Shown here: positions 30,660-37,196 of the stretch, piece by piece
How positions within the stretch are numbered: the first letter of the stretch is position 1
Layout of the letters: every line of letters starts with the position of its first letter
NCBI GenBank assembly: GCA_965216465.1
Contig: CBDCFW010000004.1
Span: 224,001-288,000 of the forward strand
Origin: Bacteroidia bacterium
GTDB lineage: Bacteria; Bacteroidota; Bacteroidia; NS11-12g; UBA9320
Direction: 5' to 3'
Length of the DNA: 64,000 nucleotides
Program-made: the position numbers and the translations under genes
Notes under the pieces: generated by a model
Database searches by the model: none
Told to the model about the DNA's origin: nothing
Seen by the model: only the letters and a program-made list of their open reading frames with translations

Positions 30660-31652
30660 ATGAAAAATACAAAAACTGCTTTACTTTTTCTCCTAGCCTT
30701 GTGCGTTGCTGAGTTTGTTCAGGCTCAAGACCCTGAACTTACACAGTTCTATGCCGCACCTATTTATACCAATCCGGCAATGGCTGGTACTGGTTCTTGT
30801 GATGGAGGAGGAAGAGTAGGACTTAACTACCGTAACCAATGGCCAAGCTTGCCTGGTACCTTTGTGACCACTGCTGCAAGCTACGATCAGCACTTCGACA
30901 AAATCGGAGGTGGAATTGGTGTATTGTTTATGGATGATAAAGCAGGTGAAGGTCTTTTGAAATCAACAACAGTTTCTGCAATTTATTCTTACCAATTGGT
31001 GGTTAATCGTAGATTAGCTATCCGTTTTGGTTTAGAAGGAACTTACGGCCAACGTAGTATTGACTGGAGAAAATTAAGATTTGAAGATCAAATTGATCCA
31101 ACACAAGGATTTACAAGACAAACAGCAGAGCAGTTTAACAATGATGTGGTTGGATACGCAAACTTTGCAGCTGGTGCTGTTGCTTATACTGAAAGATTTT
31201 ATGGAGGTTTAGCGGTTCATAATCTGATTGAGCCGAATCAATCATTCTTCGGAAACCCTAACGCTCCAATTCCGCGTAGATTTACTGCTCACGGTGGTGT
31301 GGTTATACCTTTAGATGGTAGAAAAGTGCCAGAATCAACTTTCTCGCCGAACGTACTATTCATGATGCAAAGCAAGTTTACCCAAATGAACATTGGTTTC
31401 TACTACAACAAAGGACCTTTAGTAATGGGTGCGTGGTTTAGACAGACTTTTGGCGAATATGGTAACTCTGATGCCTTGATGGCCCTTGTTGGATTTAGAA
31501 AGGATAAATTCAAATTTGGGTACAGTTACGACTTTACTGTTTCAGACGCTAGAGCAGCCGCTCCAGGGTCTCATGAAGTGTCTGCAGCTATTGAATGGTG
31601 TGCCCGTACACCAACACGTAAGTACAGAAAAATAAGCTGTCCGGATTTTTAA
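30660..31652 (+). CDS. PorP/SprF family T9SS outer-membrane protein
   Basis: AQDPELTQFY.AP...NPA.AG, NYRNQW, FGYSYD...S, GSHEVS; -7 box TATTTTTG at 30630-30637. Confidence 0.92.
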   Translation: MKNTKTALLFLLALCVAEFVQAQDPELTQFYAAPIYTNPAMAGTGSCDGGGRVGLNYRNQWPSLPGTFVTTAASYDQHFDKIGGGIGVLFMDDKAGEGLLKSTTVSAIYSYQLVVNRRLAIRFGLEGTYGQRSIDWRKLRFEDQIDPTQGFTRQTAEQFNNDVVGYANFAAGAVAYTERFYGGLAVHNLIEPNQSFFGNPNAPIPRRFTAHGGVVIPLDGRKVPESTFSPNVLFMMQSKFTQMNIGFYYNKGPLVMGAWFRQTFGEYGNSDALMALVGFRKDKFKFGYSYDFTVSDARAAAPGSHEVSAAIEWCARTPTRKYRKISCPDF

Positions 31653-31725
31653 TTGAGGTCAAAAAAAATTATTATTGCACAATATTAAAGTTAGAAACTA
31701 GTTATTACTTATAGCTTCTCAGAAT

Positions 31726-33150
31726 ATGAAATTGAATAAATTCACAGTTTACATTCTTGCAGCAGCATTCATGCTGCCTGTAGCTTGTAAGAAAGAAAAA
31801 TCATCAACTACCGGTTGGAATTACAACGATTCTAAGTGGGGTGGTTTTGAAAAACATGAGTATGCTGGTCAGGAAACTGGTCCAGGTTTGGTTTTGGTTC
31901 ATGGTGGTACGTTTACAATGGGGTCATCAGAACAAGATGTTACATACGAACACAACAACATTGAAAGAAAGGTTACAGTTCCGTCATTCTATATGGACGA
32001 AACTGAAGTAACCAACAATCATTATAGAGAATATGTATGGTGGTTGAAGCGTGTATACATTGACTACCCTGAAGTTGCTACAAACGCTCTTCCAGACACC
32101 TTAGTTTGGAGAAACCGCTTGGCTTACAATGAGCCTTATGTAGACTACTACTTCAGACACCCAGCTTATCAAGATTATCCTGTAGTTGGTGTGAACTGGC
32201 AACAAGCTACACAATATGCGGCTTGGAGAACTGACCGTGTTAACGAAATGATTTTGATTAGAGAAGGTATTTTAGAGCCGGATCCAGATCAAATGAATGA
32301 AGCTGGTTTTAACACCGGAGCATATTACGTCGGTCAGCACGACGGTCTTATCTTTGGTAAGCACCAAATGAAAGACTACAGAATTAAGCGTGGTGGTACA
32401 AGAGATGTAAGAATGGAAGACGGTATTATGCTTCCTGACTACAGGCTTCCAACCGAAGCTGAGTGGGAATTTGCTGCTCAAGCTAACATTGGGGCTACAA
32501 CGTACGAAAACGTTAACCAAAAGAAAATCTACTCTTGGGAAGGTTTGACCATCCGTCATACTGGAGGAAAAGAGAAAAACAGAGGTTATATCAATGCTAA
32601 CATCAAAAGAGGTAAGGGTGACCAAGCCGGTGTTGCTGGTAGACTTAATGATAAAGGATTTATTACCGTACCAGTTGGTTCTTACTGGCCAAATGATCAC
32701 GGTTTATATAACATGAGTGGTAACGTATCGGAGTGGGTAATGGATGTTTATCGTCCACTATCTTATGAAGATATGACAGACTTCAACTCATTTAGAGGTA
32801 ACTACTTCACCAAGAAAAAATTAGACGAAGACGGTATTGTTGATGTAAAAGACAGTTTAGGACGTTTAGTTTATGTTCCTGTAACTGAAGATGAGAACGT
32901 AGGTAGAAGAAACTACAAGCGTGCTGATAATATTGGTTACCTTGATGAAGAAGATTACATGGACGGTGAACAAGGTTATGAGTACGGGGTTACAACACTT
33001 GTAGATAACCAAGCAAGAGTATACAAAGGTGGTTCTTGGAACGATCGAGTATACTGGTCTTCTCCTGGTACAAGAAGATACTTAGACGAAGAACAGTCTT
33101 TATCTACTTTAGGATTTAGATGTGCTATGCATCGTGTGGGTGCACCATAA
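31726..33150 (+). CDS. gldJ: Gliding motility lipoprotein GldJ (SUMF1/FGE-sulfatase domain)
   Basis: Lipobox VAC; SSTTGWNYND, GPGLV.V.GGTFTMG, FYMDETEV, YPVVGVNW, RLPTEAEWE, NMSGNVSEW, GFRCAM; adjacent to porU. Confidence 0.88.
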   Translation: MKLNKFTVYILAAAFMLPVACKKEKSSTTGWNYNDSKWGGFEKHEYAGQETGPGLVLVHGGTFTMGSSEQDVTYEHNNIERKVTVPSFYMDETEVTNNHYREYVWWLKRVYIDYPEVATNALPDTLVWRNRLAYNEPYVDYYFRHPAYQDYPVVGVNWQQATQYAAWRTDRVNEMILIREGILEPDPDQMNEAGFNTGAYYVGQHDGLIFGKHQMKDYRIKRGGTRDVRMEDGIMLPDYRLPTEAEWEFAAQANIGATTYENVNQKKIYSWEGLTIRHTGGKEKNRGYINANIKRGKGDQAGVAGRLNDKGFITVPVGSYWPNDHGLYNMSGNVSEWVMDVYRPLSYEDMTDFNSFRGNYFTKKKLDEDGIVDVKDSLGRLVYVPVTEDENVGRRNYKRADNIGYLDEEDYMDGEQGYEYGVTTLVDNQARVYKGGSWNDRVYWSSPGTRRYLDEEQSLSTLGFRCAMHRVGAP

Positions 33151-33170
33151 TTGAATAAAAAAGAAATTTG

Positions 33171-33205
33171 AAATCCCGGCCTTGAAAAAGGCCGGGATTT
33201 TTTTT
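33171..33205 (+). terminator. Intrinsic terminator of porP-gldJ
   Basis: AAATCCCGGCCTT-GAAA-AAGGCCGGGATTT plus T run. Confidence 0.88.
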
Positions 33206-33223
33206 ATCCTTGTATCACACATT

Positions 33224-33577
33224 ATGAAATATTTAAGCCTAATTTTAATCAGTACATTTATCGTTGGATGTTTTGCATCAAAGACGTCTGTAGATACCGC
33301 TGAGCCGTCTGCTCAAGACGTAGTAAACAATGCAATGTCTAAGTTTCCAGGATACTCTGTAGATCAATACAATCAAGGAATGCAATTGTATGAAGCCAAT
33401 TGTACATTGTGTCACGCAGCCAAGGTTCCAGCAGATTATACCGAGGATCAATGGTCAAAGTTGGTTCCTGGAATGTCTGAAAAGGCAAACAACAAAAAAG
33501 GTACATCCATTACTAAGGCTGATGAAGATTTGATTTTCAAATATGTAGTTTCGGTAATGATGAATGATAATAGGTAA
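33224..33577 (+). CDS. Small monoheme cytochrome c lipoprotein
   Basis: Lipobox IVGC; CTLCH heme motif; downstream Met in PGMS as candidate axial ligand. Start moved to ATG 33224 because the ORF-track start lies in the terminator. Confidence 0.8.
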   Translation: MKYLSLILISTFIVGCFASKTSVDTAEPSAQDVVNNAMSKFPGYSVDQYNQGMQLYEANCTLCHAAKVPADYTEDQWSKLVPGMSEKANNKKGTSITKADEDLIFKYVVSVMMNDNR

Positions 33578-33634
33578 CAACCGTTCACCCAAAGCAAAGT
33601 TTTTCTTTAAGGTGCCTTGATTAAAAATTTAAAT

Positions 33635-33670
33635 AAAAAAAAGGTCTCAACATGGTTGAGACCTTTTTTT
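33635..33670. terminator. Bidirectional intrinsic terminator
   Basis: A8-GGTCTCAAC-ATG-GTTGAGACC-T7 between convergent genes. Confidence 0.88.
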
Positions 33671-33687
33671 GTAAAAGCACGCTGTGT

Positions 33688-34101
33688 TTAGCAAAACTCT
33701 TTGTAAACCTGCTTCAAATGATTTGAAATCATGTCTGCAGAACTTCCTTCGATATGGTGACGTTCAATAAAGTGAACTAATTCGCCATCTTTAAATAATC
33801 CAATACTTGGAGATGAAGGAGGATATGGTAATAAGTATTCTCTCGCTTTCGCTGTAGCTTCACCATCTTGACCTGCAAATACCGTATAAAGGTTATCAGG
33901 TTGTTTGTCGCCACTTAAAGAAGCAACAGCTCCTGGACGTGCATTTCCTGCGGCACACCCACATACACTATTTACAACTAATAAAGCCGTTCCTGTTGAC
34001 GAATCTAAAACATCAGTAACAGCGTTTGCGTCTCTTAATTCGGTAAAACCATTATTGGTTAGATCAGCTCTCATTGGAGCAACTAGTTCTTCTGGATACA
34101 T
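33688..34101 (-). CDS. BrxA/BrxB family bacilliredoxin
   Basis: MYPEELVAPMR, NSVCGCAAG (CGC active site), TVFAGQD, PPSSPS..LFKDG. Confidence 0.92.
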   Translation of the reverse strand: MYPEELVAPMRADLTNNGFTELRDANAVTDVLDSSTGTALLVVNSVCGCAAGNARPGAVASLSGDKQPDNLYTVFAGQDGEATAKAREYLLPYPPSSPSIGLFKDGELVHFIERHHIEGSSADMISNHLKQVYKEFC

Positions 34102-34189
34102 CGATGTAATTTAATTTATTGCAAATATGCAACAAATAACCCCATGTGATTGTTTATTAAATGCTAATTTTGCAAACTGTTTTATAAAT

Positions 34190-35500
34190 ATGAATACACA
34201 AACAATGACAAACTACAAGGTTAAGGACATTTCGTTGGCCGATTGGGGACGAAAAGAAATCAGGTTGGCTGAGGCAGAAATGCCAGGTTTAATGTCACTT
34301 AGAGAAGAGTATGGCGATAGTAAACCGCTAAAAGGAGCACGTATCGCAGGTTGTCTTCATATGACCATTCAAACCGCTGTGTTAATCGAAACATTACAAG
34401 CTTTAGGTGCGGAGGTTACTTGGAGTTCATGTAACATCTTTTCTACGCAAGATCAAGCTGCCGCTGCAATTGCTGCTACAGGTACGCCAGTTTTTGCTTG
34501 GAAAGGAATGAACGAGGAAGAGTTCGATTGGTGTATTGAGCAAACGCTTACAGCATTTGAAGGAGGAAAGCCATTGAACATGATTCTTGACGATGGGGGT
34601 GACCTTACCAATATGGTTTTAGATCGCTATCCAGAGTTAGTAGAAGGTATTAAAGGAATTTCAGAAGAGACTACAACTGGAGTATTAAGATTATATGATC
34701 GTGTTAAAGGTGGTACACTTCCTCTTCCAGCGATTAATATCAATGACTCTGTTACTAAGTCAAAATTTGATAACAAATACGGTTGTAAAGAAAGTGCAGT
34801 AGATGCAATTCGTAGAGCAACTGACGTAATGATTGCAGGTAAAGTTGCAGTTGTTGCAGGTTATGGAGATGTAGGAAAAGGTACTGCAGCTTCATTAGCA
34901 GGAGCAGGAGCTCGCGTTATTGTTACTGAAATTGATCCGATTTGTGCTTTACAAGCCGCAATGGACGGATATGAAGTGAAAACCATGGAGAATGCGATTC
35001 CAAGAGCTAACATCGTTGTTACCGCAACAGGTAATAAAGATATCCTAACAGAGAAGCACTTTAAAGCGATGAACGATAAAACTATCGTTTGTAATATTGG
35101 TCACTTCGATAATGAGATTGATGTAGCATACTTAAATAATAACTACGGAGAATCTAAATATGAGGTTAAGCCACAAGTTGATGTTTACAATGTAGATGGA
35201 AATGAAATAATTCTATTGGCAGAAGGTAGATTGGTAAACTTAGGATGTGCTACAGGTCATCCAAGTTTTGTAATGAGTAATTCATTTACAAACCAAACAC
35301 TTGCACAAATGGAATTGTGGAATAACACAGATCAATACGAGAATCAAGTTTACATGTTGCCTAAGCACTTAGATGAGAAAGTAGCAAAATTACACTTGGC
35401 TAAGATTGGTGTTGAATTAGAGCAAATGTCTGAAGAGCAGGCTGCATACATTGGCGTTAATGTAGATGGTCCGTTCAAGCCAGAACATTATAGATACTAA
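34190..35500 (+). CDS. ahcY: Adenosylhomocysteinase
   Basis: [56 protein letters not shown]. Start moved to ATG 34190, downstream of the -7 box TAATTTTG at 34165-34172. Confidence 0.97.
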   Translation: MNTQTMTNYKVKDISLADWGRKEIRLAEAEMPGLMSLREEYGDSKPLKGARIAGCLHMTIQTAVLIETLQALGAEVTWSSCNIFSTQDQAAAAIAATGTPVFAWKGMNEEEFDWCIEQTLTAFEGGKPLNMILDDGGDLTNMVLDRYPELVEGIKGISEETTTGVLRLYDRVKGGTLPLPAININDSVTKSKFDNKYGCKESAVDAIRRATDVMIAGKVAVVAGYGDVGKGTAASLAGAGARVIVTEIDPICALQAAMDGYEVKTMENAIPRANIVVTATGNKDILTEKHFKAMNDKTIVCNIGHFDNEIDVAYLNNNYGESKYEVKPQVDVYNVDGNEIILLAEGRLVNLGCATGHPSFVMSNSFTNQTLAQMELWNNTDQYENQVYMLPKHLDEKVAKLHLAKIGVELEQMSEEQAAYIGVNVDGPFKPEHYRY

Positions 35501-35522
35501 TATCAATTGCAAAAGATAAGAG

Positions 35523-35552
35523 AAAGCCTTTCCGTTTGGGAAGGCTTTTTTT
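35523..35552. terminator. Intrinsic terminator between ahcY and the convergent aminotransferase gene
   Basis: AAAGCCTTTCC-GTTT-GGGAAGGCTTTTTT. Confidence 0.8.
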
Positions 35553-36270
35553 ATTTTATACGAAATACCCCACGAGTGCCTCGCGTTAAAAATACTTTGT
35601 CAGCATTTTCAATATCGTCACGGGTAATTAATTTCTGGTCTAGCTGAAATCCATAGTTCCCTAAAATGTAGCGCTGTGTAGCACCATGAACGCCACCGCA
35701 TTTGGGGTGAGGTACAATAATATCTTCAGTGCCATTCATTAGAATTATGTTGCTGCTAACTTCTTCACAAATTTCGTTTTTGTCGTTGGTTATGAATAAG
35801 TAGTCAAGATTAAGCTCTTCCTTCTTTTTAGACGCTAAAACATAATAGATGCTCGATAGACTTTTTACGGTTAACCAATCAACCATAGGTTTCGGTTTGT
35901 CGTAAAATCCATAATTGCCTTTAAACAAAGGGGCTTTGTTGAGCTCTGCAGCTAGGTCAAGAACAGTGGGAAGAAAGAAATCGTGGCTTGCTTCTTTATA
36001 GGAGTGGTTAAACGCAACTTCATTTTGATCTGGGAGATAGGTGCCAAACCCTTCTCGGAAAAAGTTCATTCTAAAAATACCATTAGCACCATAGTTCTTC
36101 GCGGTTGAAAGAATGAGTTCTTCATCGATGGTAAATTGAGGTTCCATGTCGTAAATTTCAAATCCGTCTAATATTCGTTCAACATGGTAGTAATTAAGTG
36201 GAACGTTCTGATCTACAATGCGTATGGTCTCAAAAAAACCATCGCCATATAAAAAGCCTCGATTCATCAT
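35551..36270 (-). CDS. Aminotransferase class IV (PabC/IlvE-like PLP enzyme)
   Basis: NRGFLYGDGFFETIR, H..R, VKSLS (candidate PLP Lys), ICEE.SSNI, GV.G.. Confidence 0.8.
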   Translation of the reverse strand: MMNRGFLYGDGFFETIRIVDQNVPLNYYHVERILDGFEIYDMEPQFTIDEELILSTAKNYGANGIFRMNFFREGFGTYLPDQNEVAFNHSYKEASHDFFLPTVLDLAAELNKAPLFKGNYGFYDKPKPMVDWLTVKSLSSIYYVLASKKKEELNLDYLFITNDKNEICEEVSSNIILMNGTEDIIVPHPKCGGVHGATQRYILGNYGFQLDQKLITRDDIENADKVFLTRGTRGVFRIK

Positions 36271-36330
36271 GGTGTAGCAATATTAGACAAGATGATTTGA
36301 ATTCAATAAATACAATCAAATAATCGCAAT

Positions 36331-36399
36331 TCCCAAAAACAATAAAAATCCCAAAAAGAGAATGAAATCTCAAAAAAGGACAAATTTCTCATGTTTGGA
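36331..36399. promoter_or_regulatory. Phased palindromic upstream activator sites, copy 1 (TCYC-N5-RRGA)
   Basis: Units start at 36331, 36349, 36368 and 36387 (18-19 bp period): TCCC-AAAAA-CAAT, TCCC-AAAAA-GAGA, TCTC-AAAAA-AGGA, TCTC-ATGTT-TGGA. Confidence 0.6.
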
Positions 36400-36451
36400 T
36401 ATTGTTGGCACGGCTCGGTTAATTTGTTTCTGTTGTTTGTAATACGCAGAA

Positions 36452-36464
36452 AATCAATGTATTG
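36452..36464 (+). promoter_or_regulatory. IHF-like DNA-bending site, copy 1
   Basis: AATCAATGTATTG is an exact match to WATCAANNNNTTR, lying between the upstream sites and the sigma54 promoter. Confidence 0.5.
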
Positions 36465-36503
36465 TGTGCGGTTCGAAGTGCTTATGAAATTGATTTTGCG
36501 GTT

Positions 36504-36520
36504 TTGGCACCGCTATTGGA
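36504..36520 (+). promoter_or_regulatory. Sigma54 (RpoN) -24/-12 promoter, copy 1
   Basis: TTGGCAC-CGCTA-TTGGA; canonical spacing, with GG in place of GC at -12. Confidence 0.75.
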
Positions 36521-36530
36521 TAGTATATGG

Positions 36531-36714
36531 CAGATTAAGTTCTATTGAAATTTGACCATATTAACCATCTGTCGAAAGGCAGAAAATATATAAGAAGTTG
36601 ATAAAACAACAAACTACTACTACTAACTATTTGAATTAAACGAATTTTTTGTTTTTTCATTATTAACCATTACGTTTTACATTAAAAGCTCTGCCGCAAA
36701 GCAGGGCTTTTTTT
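36531..36714 (+). ncRNA. Candidate sigma54-dependent small RNA, copy 1 (~184 nt)
   Basis: Runs from the predicted +1 (CAGATTA) to an intrinsic terminator; GAAA hairpin at 36568-36583; 41-nt block 36592-36632 and 20-nt block 36659-36678 identical to copy 2; no long ORF. Confidence 0.72.
36684..36714 (+). terminator. Intrinsic terminator of sRNA copy 1
   Basis: AAAAGCTCTGC-CGCAAA-GCAGGGC followed by T7. Confidence 0.85.
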
Positions 36715-36757
36715 ATGCTCTGAATTTAAGGATCTCGTAATTACAGAAACGAGAAAA

Positions 36758-36809
36758 GTCTAAAAAAGAGACAAGAATCTAAAAAAGAGACGAAATGTTG
36801 ATTTTTGGA
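36758..36809. promoter_or_regulatory. Phased palindromic upstream activator sites, copy 2
   Basis: GTCTAAAAAAGAGAC (36758-36772) and ATCTAAAAAAGAGAC (36777-36791) 19 bp apart, plus a degenerate third site ending TGGA at 36809; same distance to +1 as copy 1 within 1 bp. Confidence 0.6.
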
Positions 36810-36914
36810 ATAGGGATTCGTGTCTCAAAAATTTCGTTATATATATTTGTAAACTGCACATAATCAGTGGTTAATGATGCAATTTCGGGTAATTGTTACA
36901 CCAATTTTTCTTTT

Positions 36915-36931
36915 TTGGCACTGGTATTGGA
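36915..36931 (+). promoter_or_regulatory. Sigma54 (RpoN) -24/-12 promoter, copy 2
   Basis: TTGGCAC-TGGTA-TTGGA; same spacing and same -12 variant as copy 1. Confidence 0.75.
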
Positions 36932-36941
36932 TACTATATAC

Positions 36942-37130
36942 CAGATTACGTTCTACCGAATTTTGAAATAATTACCTCAGACAACCGAAAGGTTCGACAG
37001 AGTTTATATATAAAGAAGTTGATAAAACAACAAACTACTACTACTAACTATTTTTTGATGAATCTTTAAGATTCGATTATTAACCATTACGTTTTTTAAT
37101 TAAGCCCAGACAGAATCGTCTGGGCTTTTT
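36942..37130 (+). ncRNA. Candidate sigma54-dependent small RNA, copy 2 (~189 nt)
   Basis: Starts CAGATTA at the predicted +1; AACC-GAAA-GGTT hairpin at 36983-36994; identical blocks at 37013-37053 and 37076-37095; GAATCT-TTA-AGATTC hairpin at 37060-37074; own terminator. Confidence 0.72.
37102..37130 (+). terminator. Intrinsic terminator of sRNA copy 2
   Basis: AAGCCCAGAC-AGAATC-GTCTGGGCTT perfect 10-bp stem plus T run. Confidence 0.88.
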
Positions 37131-37172
37131 ATTTGCTCTTATTTTCCAATATTTAATCTTTGGAGTTTCCTT

Positions 37173-37180
37173 TATCTTTG
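37173..37180 (+). promoter_or_regulatory. SigmaA -7 box of icmF
   Basis: TATCTTTG, downstream of the sRNA terminator and 16 nt before the ATG. Confidence 0.7.
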
Positions 37181-37196
37181 CACCCCAATTTATCAT

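Noticed and set aside
34102-34189. SAH or SAM riboswitch upstream of ahcY; ORF-track start at 34127
   Set aside because: The region is short and AT-rich with no stems. A -7 box at 34165-34172 leaves only a very short leader before ATG 34190.
36405-36420. Third TTGGCAC as another sigma54 promoter
   Set aside because: No TTG at the -12 position (reads CGGTT) and not conserved in copy 2.
36592-37053. Identical 41-nt repeats as a CRISPR array
   Set aside because: Only two copies, 380 nt apart, non-palindromic, each inside its own promoter-terminator unit; no cas genes in the window.
36942-37196. Cobalamin riboswitch or attenuator leader controlling B12-dependent icmF
   Set aside because: No recognisable B12-box or cobalamin riboswitch core. 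The element is duplicated upstream with no gene attached, and icmF has its own -7 box after the terminator.
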